Of a stretch of 64,000 nt of DNA, positions 27,900-36,182 are shown piece by piece. Source of the DNA: Oscillospiraceae bacterium (GTDB lineage Bacteria > Bacillota > Clostridia > Oscillospirales > Ruminococcaceae); NCBI GenBank assembly GCA_021200565.1, contig JAJQGJ010000002.1:101351-165350 (forward strand), given 5' to 3'. The notes under the pieces are model-generated. The model had not been told where the DNA came from, ran no database searches, and saw only the letters and a program-made list of their open reading frames with translations. The position numbers and the translations under genes were made by a program. The stretch's first letter is position 1. Every line of letters begins with the position of its first letter.

Positions 27900-28937
27900 T
27901 TATAGCATAGTCTGACCATCACGCAGCAGCCCCAGGTGCTTATACGCCAGGTCTGTGGCGCAGCGTCCTCTCGGGGTTCTTGCGATAAAGCCAAGCTGCA
28001 TTAAATACGGTTCGCAGACGTCTTCGAGCGTGACAGCCTCTTCTCCGATTGCAGAGGCGAGTGTTTCAAGCCCAACCGGTCCGCCGTTGTAGCCCTTTAT
28101 AATCATGTTGAGCATCCGCTTGTCCATTGTGTCAAGCCCCAAGGAATCAATCTCCATCCTATCAAGAGCAATCTTTGCAATCTCAAGAGTTATTGTGCCG
28201 TTGCCCATGACATCGGCAAAATCTCTGACACGCTTTAAGAGCCTGTTTGCAATTCTCGGAGTTCCTCTTGAACGCTTTGCAATTTCCATTGCGCCGTCAC
28301 GGTCGCAGATGACGCCCAAAATCGCTGCGGAGCGGATGATGATCTCGCAGAGCTCCTCATGAGTGTAAAGCTCGAGCCGCTGAGAGATTCCGAAGCGGTC
28401 ACGAAGAGGTGATGTCAGCTGCCCTGCCCTTGTGGTTGCACCGATGAGGGTGAACCTTGGAACGTCGAGCCTTATAGTCCTCGCACCTGCGCCCTTGCCG
28501 ATGATGATGTCTACTGCGAAATCCTCCATTGCGGGATAGAGAACCTCCTCAATCTCACGTGGGATTCTGTGAATCTCATCGATGAATAAGACGTCGCCCG
28601 CCTGAAGGTTCGTCAGAATTGCGACTATGTCGCCCGGCTTTGTGATAGCTGGACCGGAGGTTATGCGTATGTTGACGCCCATTTCGTGGGCGATAATTGC
28701 AGAAAGTGTTGTCTTTCCGAGTCCGGGAGGTCCATACAAGAGCACATGGTCGAGCGGCTCGCCACGCTTCTTAGCGGCGTCGATATAAATCTTCATGTTC
28801 TCCTTGACCTTTTCCTGACCGATATATTCGTTGAGGGTTTTTGGTCTCAGCGAAAGCTCCGCTTCGTCGGTGTCTTCCTCAAGAAGCTCAGTCCCGACAA
28901 GCCTTTTTTCGAGGTCAAATTCCTTTGATTCAATCAT
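27900..28937 (-). CDS. ruvB: Holliday junction branch migration helicase RuvB
   Basis: [19 protein letters not shown], Walker [10 protein letters not shown] and the DEIHR motif. Confidence 0.96.
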   Translation of the reverse strand: MIESKEFDLEKRLVGTELLEEDTDEAELSLRPKTLNEYIGQEKVKENMKIYIDAAKKRGEPLDHVLLYGPPGLGKTTLSAIIAHEMGVNIRITSGPAITKPGDIVAILTNLQAGDVLFIDEIHRIPREIEEVLYPAMEDFAVDIIIGKGAGARTIRLDVPRFTLIGATTRAGQLTSPLRDRFGISQRLELYTHEELCEIIIRSAAILGVICDRDGAMEIAKRSRGTPRIANRLLKRVRDFADVMGNGTITLEIAKIALDRMEIDSLGLDTMDKRMLNMIIKGYNGGPVGLETLASAIGEEAVTLEDVCEPYLMQLGFIARTPRGRCATDLAYKHLGLLRDGQTML

Positions 28938-28951
28938 GCGCTCTCACCTCC

Positions 28952-29557
28952 TCAGAATCTGCCTGATGCCAGAGCTCTCAAGCTTCTCTTGATTATTTCG
29001 TCTGTTTCCAATCCCTCGGGGCATTTTGCGACAGCCTGAGCTGCCTCCGACTGGGTGTAGCCTAAGACCACAAGTGCTGCAATAGCCTCCGCCTTGTTGT
29101 TGTCGCCGACTGCTGCAGTGATTGCTCCGACTTCGCCGGTGCTGTCCAAGACTGCTCCCTTTGCGACCTTGTCTTTTAATTCCATCACGATTCTCTGAGC
29201 GATCTTAGCTCCGATGCCCTTTATCTTCGAAAATGCTTTTGTGTCGTCAGAAGCTATAGCCAGCGCAACCGAAGCGGGTGTTAAGCTTGAAAGAATCGCA
29301 AGAGCATACTTCGAGCCGACACCGCTGACTGACGTGAGAAGCTTGAAGCACTCAAGCTCATCTTTAGTAAAGAACCCGAACAGGTCGATGGCGTCTTCTC
29401 TCACTGCCATGTATGTATAGAGTGTGCAGGAGGTGAGGCTTGAAACCGCCGTTATCGTATTCATAGTGGTTTTGCAGGCATAGCCGACTCCTCCGCATTC
29501 GATAACGCAGAGGTCAGGCTCGGTGTGTATAATATTTCCGGTTAGGCTGTATATCAT
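28952..29557 (-). CDS. ruvA: Holliday junction DNA helicase RuvA
   Basis: MIYSLTG.I start and the HhH motifs VSGVGSKYALAILS and IKGIGAKIAQRI. Confidence 0.93.
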   Translation of the reverse strand: MIYSLTGNIIHTEPDLCVIECGGVGYACKTTMNTITAVSSLTSCTLYTYMAVREDAIDLFGFFTKDELECFKLLTSVSGVGSKYALAILSSLTPASVALAIASDDTKAFSKIKGIGAKIAQRIVMELKDKVAKGAVLDSTGEVGAITAAVGDNNKAEAIAALVVLGYTQSEAAQAVAKCPEGLETDEIIKRSLRALASGRF

Positions 29558-29584
29558 TTCAAAATTCCTTGCTGCCTGATGGCT

Positions 29585-30076
29585 TTAATTCAGTCCGAAA
29601 ATACGTGAGCTGGCATAGTGACCGTGGGTGATGGCGAGCGCCAGTGCGTCCGCAGCGTCGTCCGGCTTCGGGATTTCCTTGAGCTTAAGGATTGACCGGG
29701 TCATCTCCTGAACCTGCTTCTTCTCCGCTCTTCCATATCCGACAACCGAATTCTTGACCTGAAGAGGAGTGTATTCATAAATCTTCACGTCGTGATTGTT
29801 TGCAGAAAGGAGAATGACTCCCCTCGCCTGCGCCACGTCGATCGCCGTCGTGTGGTTGGTGTTGAAATAGAGCTTCTCAAGGGAGATAGCGTCCGGCTTA
29901 TAGGTTTCGATAAGCTCGTTCATGTCGTTATAGATAATTCCGAGACGGTTATCAAAATGTATTTCCGATGAAGTTGTGATGGCACCATAGCCCTTGACAG
30001 AGAAATCTCTTCCGTCATAATCCAACACCCCATAGCCTACAATCGCATAGCCGGGATCGATTCCAAGTATCCTCAC
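29585..30076 (-). CDS. ruvC: Crossover junction endodeoxyribonuclease RuvC
   Basis: MRILGIDPG.. start and C-terminal DAADALALAITH. Confidence 0.93.
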   Translation of the reverse strand: MRILGIDPGYAIVGYGVLDYDGRDFSVKGYGAITTSSEIHFDNRLGIIYNDMNELIETYKPDAISLEKLYFNTNHTTAIDVAQARGVILLSANNHDVKIYEYTPLQVKNSVVGYGRAEKKQVQEMTRSILKLKEIPKPDDAADALALAITHGHYASSRIFGLN

Positions 30077-30211
30077 ATTACACCCCTATTCCAGAAAACG
30101 ATACTACGCCATTTTCTACTTTCCTAAATAGTTATTATAGCTTGATTTGGCTGGGATGTCAAGCTCTGAACCCGGAATTCGCAATTCAGGAGAGGAAATT
30201 TGGATTTACTA

Positions 30212-30240
30212 TTGCAATTCCAGTCAGCTTATGCTATACT
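30212..30240 (+). promoter_or_regulatory. Sigma-A type promoter TTGCAA-17-TATACT
   Basis: ttgcaa ttccagtcagcttatgc tatact, about 70 nt upstream of the 30313 start codon. Confidence 0.6.
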
Positions 30241-30251
30241 GTTTCTATAAG

Positions 30252-30274
30252 TGTTAGTTTAGGCTAACTATAGT
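30252..30274. promoter_or_regulatory. Promoter-proximal palindrome TGTTAGTTTAGGCTAACTATAGT (candidate operator or 5' stem-loop)
   Basis: It starts about 5 nt after the predicted TSS. It is related to the site at 36043-36066. Confidence 0.4.
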
Positions 30275-30312
30275 AAGCTTAAACTATCTGGTTTGCTATG
30301 GAGGTATTTCTT

Positions 30313-31131
30313 ATGACTAATCAAAAAGCAGTTTCGCAGTCTTCTATCCGGCTCGGTACTCACGGAGAAAATTATGGAACGTGGATGTCCCATCCCGTGT
30401 TCTACATGATGGGCGGGTTTGCGCTTTTGGCGTTGATTCTTGCCGTTTTGTCGTTTGCAGTTTTCCACATTACCGTGCTTGGCATCATCTTTATTGTTGC
30501 CCTGATTGTACTGATAGCCTTTATCGGCTGGATGGAATGGATACGCAGGCAGTATGCTTTTGGCAAGGGCGGAATGATGGAAAAGGGACACGAAACCATG
30601 CTCTCGCTTCTTGACTATGACGGAAACGGCACACTGCTTGAAGTCGGTTGCGGTTCCGGTCCCTTAAGCATTCGTGCGGCTAAAACTTGGTCTCAGACGA
30701 AAGTAGTCGGAATTGATTACTGGGGCGCAATGTGGGACTACAGCAAGGCTCTCTGTGAGAAAAACGCTGCCTCTGAGGGTGTCGCCTCGCAATGCACCTT
30801 CCAGAAAGGTGACGCCAACAAGCTCGACTTTGCGGACGAAACCTTCGACGCCGTGATCAGCAACTATGTGTATCACAACATCATGGGCTCAGATGTTCAT
30901 GAACTGATTATGGAGACATTGCGTGTCTTGAAAAAAGGCGGAGTTTTTGCCATCAACGACTGCATGAAGCCGAAAATGTACGGCGATATGGAAGCGTTTG
31001 CCCAGAAGCTTCGGGACATGGGCTATCAGGAAGTTAAACTTGTCAACATGTCGGAGCTCGTCTTTGGCTCTGAAAGCCGTGCAAACATGATGATGCTTGG
31101 AGATTCACGGATGCTGATTGGGAGAAAGTGA
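30313..31131 (+). CDS. Membrane-anchored class I SAM-dependent methyltransferase
   Basis: The ATG at 30313 sits after GGAGGT. Two N-terminal TM helices are followed by the SAM box LLEVGCGSGPLS and the DAVISNYVYHN motif. Confidence 0.75.
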   Translation: MTNQKAVSQSSIRLGTHGENYGTWMSHPVFYMMGGFALLALILAVLSFAVFHITVLGIIFIVALIVLIAFIGWMEWIRRQYAFGKGGMMEKGHETMLSLLDYDGNGTLLEVGCGSGPLSIRAAKTWSQTKVVGIDYWGAMWDYSKALCEKNAASEGVASQCTFQKGDANKLDFADETFDAVISNYVYHNIMGSDVHELIMETLRVLKKGGVFAINDCMKPKMYGDMEAFAQKLRDMGYQEVKLVNMSELVFGSESRANMMMLGDSRMLIGRK

Positions 31132-31135
31132 TCTT

Positions 31136-31633
31136 GTGGCAGTAACTATAGTTTCCACCCTCATGCTGATGCTCGGCTATTTCCTGATGCTCTACGCTGC
31201 AGTCGGGTTCATTCAGGACAAGCGTCTTTTCTCGACTGCACCGAAAGAGAACTTAGCCGTGATTCCTGACAGGAAAGAGAGATTCAGGGGCGCACACATC
31301 GTCGGCTGGGCGATTGTCGTGTTCGCTGTGCTGCTGTTTATCGGTGCATTCGCCCTTGCTATCTGGGACGGCGCCCGAAACGACTTCGGTCCTCTTAAAT
31401 TCTTCGCACGATTTATCACGATGCTCTATGCGATGGAGATTTACGACATCCTATTTTTCGACTGGTATCTCCTCTGCCGCTCGAACTTCTTTATTCATTT
31501 TTATCCGGAACTTAAAAGTGTCGACAGAAGCCGGTTCTTCGGGTATAACAAGAAGGAGCATATCATGCACTTTATAACTTATATTCCCGTCTGCGCTGTG
31601 CTGGCGCTGGGGCTTGGAGCTATATTCTCATAA
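31136..31633 (+). CDS. Hypothetical membrane protein
   Basis: Four predicted TM helices. The GTG at 31136 follows GGGAGA. The track start (TTG at 31118) overlaps the upstream gene. Confidence 0.5.
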   Translation: MAVTIVSTLMLMLGYFLMLYAAVGFIQDKRLFSTAPKENLAVIPDRKERFRGAHIVGWAIVVFAVLLFIGAFALAIWDGARNDFGPLKFFARFITMLYAMEIYDILFFDWYLLCRSNFFIHFYPELKSVDRSRFFGYNKKEHIMHFITYIPVCAVLALGLGAIFS

Positions 31634-31653
31634 AACCTTCAGGAGGAGTCAAA

Positions 31654-32295
31654 ATGAAAAACACAATCTGTGAAAAGCTTATGTGGTCAGCGATGACGCC
31701 AACTATGTTCAGGTACATAAGCGAAAACTGTGGAGATGTCGATGTCCCCGTCGTCAGGAAAACAGCCCACAAAAATTACAAGGCAATGGTCGGGAGGACT
31801 CCCGACATCGGCAGCTTCATGAAAAATACGCTCCGTGTTTCGCTTGCCGGAGGCATCGTCTGGCTGTCTGTATATGACGCAATGGACGGGCATATGAGCC
31901 GTGAACAGTTCGGAGAAATGGTAAAGGTCACAATGCTGGCTCCACTGATTCAAAAAGCGTTCGGTGGTAAAAATCCTTTTGATTCTGAATACCAGAAGAA
32001 AAAAGTCGAAAAGGATAAAGTCGCCAACGCCATGAGCGACAGCGAATTCAACTGGATTACGGAGACGATTCCCGGCAGAAATGCTGATGAATACACGACG
32101 AATTATTATCGTTGCGGTTTGTGTGCACTCGGCAGGCAGGAGCACCACGAAGACCTGATTCCATATATGTGTGAAATGGATTTCATCTCCGTTGACCTGA
32201 TGGGCGGTATGCTCCACAGAACCGGCACAATCGCCACAGGTGCGGAAATATGCGATTTTTACGTCTGCAAAAAGGGCTCGGAATGGGATAAGTGA
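31654..32295 (+). CDS. L-2-amino-thiazoline-4-carboxylic acid hydrolase-like (ATC-hydrolase family) Cys-rich protein
   Basis: The C-terminal pattern YYRCGLCAL...YMCEMDF...ICDFYVCKK matches the conserved Cys layout of this family. The assignment is from memory. Confidence 0.55.
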   Translation: MKNTICEKLMWSAMTPTMFRYISENCGDVDVPVVRKTAHKNYKAMVGRTPDIGSFMKNTLRVSLAGGIVWLSVYDAMDGHMSREQFGEMVKVTMLAPLIQKAFGGKNPFDSEYQKKKVEKDKVANAMSDSEFNWITETIPGRNADEYTTNYYRCGLCALGRQEHHEDLIPYMCEMDFISVDLMGGMLHRTGTIATGAEICDFYVCKKGSEWDK

Positions 32296-32307
32296 GGGAG
32301 AGATACT

Positions 32308-33027
32308 ATGAAATACTTTGATACACCCACAGGAATACAGAAAAAAAGAGAGCTGACAAATCGGCTGATACTCGGAATCTTTGCGTTTATATTGTTTATG
32401 ATCGGCGACTGGCTGCTCGATATGAAAAGTGTGGGAAACGTGACGACAGGAATTGTGGAATCTGATTGGGTTTCCATGTCAATGTGGCGGTTTGAAGCGT
32501 CCATTTTACTGGCGGCTGCGGCAATGCCATTCTATTGGGTTGGCATACATGCGGCAAAGGAAATTGTAACCGAGGGACTGAGAAACGGCACAAAATGGGA
32601 CAAGCGAATGTCCAAGATGTTTTGCATCGGCGCAAATGCAGGCTTAATATCATTTCTGTTTATTCATATTATGTGTTGCCTGTTCCCGATTGTTTTTAAG
32701 TGCATTTATGCAGAGACGGGAGATTCACTAATGGCTACGAATCTTGTGAATCGGTCAGCCGCCTATATCATGCTTCCGTTTGCCGCTTATTATGCCGTTG
32801 CGGACGGCTGTATCTCTGCCGGTTGGATTTATATGGCGTGGACGGGAAAGCTGAAACTAAAAAAATGGCAGGTTCTTTTCTGCCCGCTCTGTACGCTGCT
32901 TATCGGTTTTGTATTCAACCTGATTCCTGTACTGAAGCTGATTACCGGAGCCTTTGAATCGTTGGGGACTTTGCTGATTATGTGTGCCCTGTGCTATTCT
33001 GTTCGGAAAGCCGAGCCAACACGCTGA
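32308..33027 (+). CDS. Hypothetical polytopic membrane protein
   Basis: About six TM helices. It shares its RBS and first ~11 codons with the gene at 33075. Confidence 0.5.
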   Translation: MKYFDTPTGIQKKRELTNRLILGIFAFILFMIGDWLLDMKSVGNVTTGIVESDWVSMSMWRFEASILLAAAAMPFYWVGIHAAKEIVTEGLRNGTKWDKRMSKMFCIGANAGLISFLFIHIMCCLFPIVFKCIYAETGDSLMATNLVNRSAAYIMLPFAAYYAVADGCISAGWIYMAWTGKLKLKKWQVLFCPLCTLLIGFVFNLIPVLKLITGAFESLGTLLIMCALCYSVRKAEPTR

Positions 33028-33074
33028 TGCTCGGCAATTTTTGGGCTCTGTTTTCATAAAAAAGGAGAGATAGT

Positions 33075-33710
33075 ATGAAATATTTTGGCATGCCCATGGG
33101 AATGTGGGCGCTGTTCGGGAAGTCTTTTGAACGAAACTTAGCCATATTCGGAATAGATGAAAATACAGCGAAAACAGTCAGGAAAAAGGCTAAATCCCGC
33201 TATAAAGAAATTATTGCGGGAGTGCCGGAGTTCGAGAAAGCGGACAGGTTCAAGATGAACATCGTCAACTGTGCCCTGCTCTGCGCATTCATTCTGAATA
33301 TGCCCGAGCGTCCGGACGTGGGGCGGCTGACGGAATACTATAAGAATTCTATGATGACAAGCCCAATGAACTGGTTTTGCAGAATGAGCGGCAGGAACAA
33401 GTTCACCGACAAGGACATTTCTTCCCTTCGAGTTACTGAGAAGCTCCGTGCTGCCGACAGGAATCCATATTCCTGGAACATGGAGCTTTATCCCTACAGC
33501 GACGGCTCCGGCTACGAGGCAAGGTTCACCACCTGCGGCATCTGCACTCTTATGCGGGAGCTCGGGCTCTATGACTTAGTCCCCGCCATGTGCCGGCTTG
33601 ACTACACCATGAGCGAAGCGAGCAGAGTATCGGACTTTGTGAGGGAATACACTTTAGCATCTGGCGGAGATTACTGCGACTGCGGGTATAAAAAGAGAAA
33701 GGGCGCATGA
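33075..33710 (+). CDS. ATC-hydrolase-like Cys-rich protein (paralog of 31654-32295)
   Basis: FTTCGICTL...AMCRLDY...YCDCGYKK has the same Cys layout as the paralog. Confidence 0.55.
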   Translation: MKYFGMPMGMWALFGKSFERNLAIFGIDENTAKTVRKKAKSRYKEIIAGVPEFEKADRFKMNIVNCALLCAFILNMPERPDVGRLTEYYKNSMMTSPMNWFCRMSGRNKFTDKDISSLRVTEKLRAADRNPYSWNMELYPYSDGSGYEARFTTCGICTLMRELGLYDLVPAMCRLDYTMSEASRVSDFVREYTLASGGDYCDCGYKKRKGA

Positions 33711-33768
33711 AAAATAAATACAAAATTCCCGCCCTGGGTCAGGACGGGATTTTTTATTTATGGGATAA

Positions 33769-35049
33769 TTATTCATAGCAGAAGCAGATGCCATAGAAGC
33801 CTTCTGCCTGGGCTTCGCTGTCGAAAACTATCTTTATTTCGCTCCCCACAGTGCAGTTGTCGCTGACTATCAGGATGCGCCGCTGCGAGTAGCTGTTTGA
33901 ATTCGTCACCGTCGGGGAGATGAAGAGCTCGCCGTCGACATAAATTCTTGCAATGTTCTGACCGCTCTGGCAGCTGTAGTCAATGCCGAGGATACCCGAA
34001 GCTGTTACATTTGCTGTGTAGGTGAGGGTGTTTTCTCTTGTAAATTCACTGACGCTGATGTAGTCGCAGTTTGTGAACTTTACGACGTCTTTATTAATGG
34101 GATCCAGATCATAATCGGGAAGACCTGTGCCAAGGGAAATCTGCTTAGTGATGACCTTCTCAATCGTTTCGGCATAGACAGCCTGACCTTCGTCGTTCGG
34201 ATAGAGCCCGTCATCGGTGTAGAAATTATAATATTCAAGAGTCGGATCTATAGTGTCGGCAACCGGAATGGAATAGTACTCGCAGATTTCTTCAATAGTG
34301 AGAATCTTGTCGGTATAGCCCTTTTGCGACGACTCGAGAATCGAGATAATGGAGCATCTTTCATATCTGGAGCTTATAGCCTTGATTATCGTCTCATAAT
34401 AGAGAGAAAAGTCGGATTCGCTGTCGTTCTGACCGTAGCAGACAATGGCGAGGTCATAATCCTTTCCGTCATCCAGAATCATCGTGCTGACATATCCCGC
34501 AAAGCTCGTATTGCCGCCAAGAGAAATGTTGTTGATTGTGACGCTCGAGCCGTAGGTGCTCTGAAGATAGGTTCCCAGAAGAACCGTCCACCTGTGGTCG
34601 GAATCGCTTGCGCCGGATGCCGCTCCGATGGAGTCTCCGACGATGAGGATATTCACATCATATCCGCCCTCAAGCTTTTCATAGACGCTCAGGTTCGACA
34701 GCTGCTCCTGAAGCTCCTGCTCCGCAGCTGCACGCTCCGATTCCTCCTCTTGCGAGATGGTTTCGAGCCGCTTCTCCTGCTCGGCGTTCTGAACGTAGAC
34801 GACAGCAGCCATTACAACAAGGACGACAGCCAGCAAGCAGGAAAGAACCGCCATGGTTCTCTTGCCCTTTTTGGACGGATGACGGATCGATTCCTCAAGC
34901 TTTCTGAAGCGGGATTTTATTTTCGACCAGAGCCTGCTTTTGAAGCTTCTGCGGTGGTGATGATGGTGATGATGGTGATGATGCGAACTGCTGTGATGCG
35001 AGCTGCTCTGATTAGAATTTGTGTGGAGGGAATTATCGTTACTATCCAT
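33769..35049 (-). CDS. Membrane-anchored SGNH/GDSL hydrolase with N-terminal poly-His tract
   Basis: The N-terminus carries HHSSSHHHHHHHHHHRR, followed by a TM helix, a coiled segment and the GDSL block ILIVGDSIGAASG. Confidence 0.7.
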   Translation of the reverse strand: MDSNDNSLHTNSNQSSSHHSSSHHHHHHHHHHRRSFKSRLWSKIKSRFRKLEESIRHPSKKGKRTMAVLSCLLAVVLVVMAAVVYVQNAEQEKRLETISQEEESERAAAEQELQEQLSNLSVYEKLEGGYDVNILIVGDSIGAASGASDSDHRWTVLLGTYLQSTYGSSVTINNISLGGNTSFAGYVSTMILDDGKDYDLAIVCYGQNDSESDFSLYYETIIKAISSRYERCSIISILESSQKGYTDKILTIEEICEYYSIPVADTIDPTLEYYNFYTDDGLYPNDEGQAVYAETIEKVITKQISLGTGLPDYDLDPINKDVVKFTNCDYISVSEFTRENTLTYTANVTASGILGIDYSCQSGQNIARIYVDGELFISPTVTNSNSYSQRRILIVSDNCTVGSEIKIVFDSEAQAEGFYGICFCYE

Positions 35050-35174
35050 TTTTAACTCCGATTATGCTATGATACAATTCCGGCAAAACTGCCGGGCGCA
35101 GATTTATATATATCTGTTATAACTCTGACATAGCAAAAAAGCAACTATCATGAGAAAATTATTGTCCTTGATTT

Positions 35175-35990
35175 TCACCCCAATGCAACATCAAGTAGCA
35201 TCATCGTTGCAAATCCGGAAAGAATTCCTGTTGTCGCAAAGTAGGGATGCGCCGACTGGTTTTTCTGGCATTCGGGGATCAGCTCGTGAACGGCGACCAG
35301 GATCATGGCGCCAGCTGCGAATGCAAGTGCGAACGGGAGTATCAGCTGAATCTTCACCGCCATAGCAGCACCTATGACGGCGGCTATCGGCTCGACTATT
35401 CCCGAAGCCTGACCGATGAGGAAGGCTTTTCCTCTCGAATATCCCTCACGCCTCAGGGGCAGAGAAACCGCTGCTCCCTCCGGAAAGTTCTGAAGCCCTA
35501 TTCCGACTGCGAGGATTATCGCACTTGCAAGCGACTCGGCATTGTTCTCTCCTCCGGCTAAAGCTCCGAAAGCGACGCCGACCGCCAAGCCCTCTGGGAT
35601 GTTGTGAAGCGTTATTGACAGAACAAGCATTATTATCCGGTTTGTGGCAGCTCCGCTCTCTTCACGGTTTTTGGAAAACTGAACCCTCTCATGGCTTACT
35701 ATTCTGTCGGAAGCCCACATGAAGACTGCTCCCAGAAGAAACCCGGAGGTTGCAACTATCCATGCCGGAGTGTTGAGATACTCTTCAGCCTTTTCTATTG
35801 ACGGCTGCAGCAGCGACCAGAAGCTCGCCGCAATCATAACTCCTGCTGCAAAGCCGAGCATCAGGTTCATAGCCTTCTGATTTGTCCTTCTAAAAAACAG
35901 CACCGTCGCCGCCCCAAGAGCAGTCACAAACCACGTTCCAAGAGTGGCGATCAACGCTGCGAAAATGTAGTTTATAGTAAAAGTATTCAT
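35175..35990 (-). CDS. zupT: ZIP family divalent-metal permease (ZupT-like)
   Basis: The signature HNIPEGLAVG and a second HE..PE motif (VHELIPE), with 8 TM helices. Confidence 0.85.
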   Translation of the reverse strand: MNTFTINYIFAALIATLGTWFVTALGAATVLFFRRTNQKAMNLMLGFAAGVMIAASFWSLLQPSIEKAEEYLNTPAWIVATSGFLLGAVFMWASDRIVSHERVQFSKNREESGAATNRIIMLVLSITLHNIPEGLAVGVAFGALAGGENNAESLASAIILAVGIGLQNFPEGAAVSLPLRREGYSRGKAFLIGQASGIVEPIAAVIGAAMAVKIQLILPFALAFAAGAMILVAVHELIPECQKNQSAHPYFATTGILSGFATMMLLDVALG

Positions 35991-36042
35991 AGTGTATTAG
36001 TCCTTTCGGATTATAGTATTCGGGAAGGGCTTTTATAGTTCC

Positions 36043-36066
36043 AGTTAGCAGAGGCTAACTGATAGT
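36043..36066. promoter_or_regulatory. Perfect 8-4-8 palindrome CAGTTAGC-agag-GCTAACTG at the predicted TSS of the ZIP operon
   Basis: It lies immediately downstream of the -10 element of the promoter at 36070-36098. It is related to the site at 30252-30274. Confidence 0.4.
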
Positions 36067-36069
36067 TAT

Positions 36070-36098
36070 AGTATACACTATTCTTGAAGAGATGTCAA
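36070..36098 (-). promoter_or_regulatory. Sigma-A type promoter TTGACA-17-TATACT
   Basis: Read on the minus strand: ttgaca tctcttcaagaatagtg tatact. Confidence 0.6.
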
Positions 36099-36155
36099 GT
36101 AGTTCGGCGAAGCCGAACTTGCCGACTTTGCAAAGTGAAGTCACATTGCAGAAGA

Positions 36156-36181
36156 ACGGGCGGATAATATCCGCCCCTACA
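36156..36181. repeat. Family C repeat terminus (half element)
   Basis: acgggcggataatatccgcccctaca, abutting the stop codon of the GH3 gene. Confidence 0.8.
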
Positions 36182-36182
36182 A

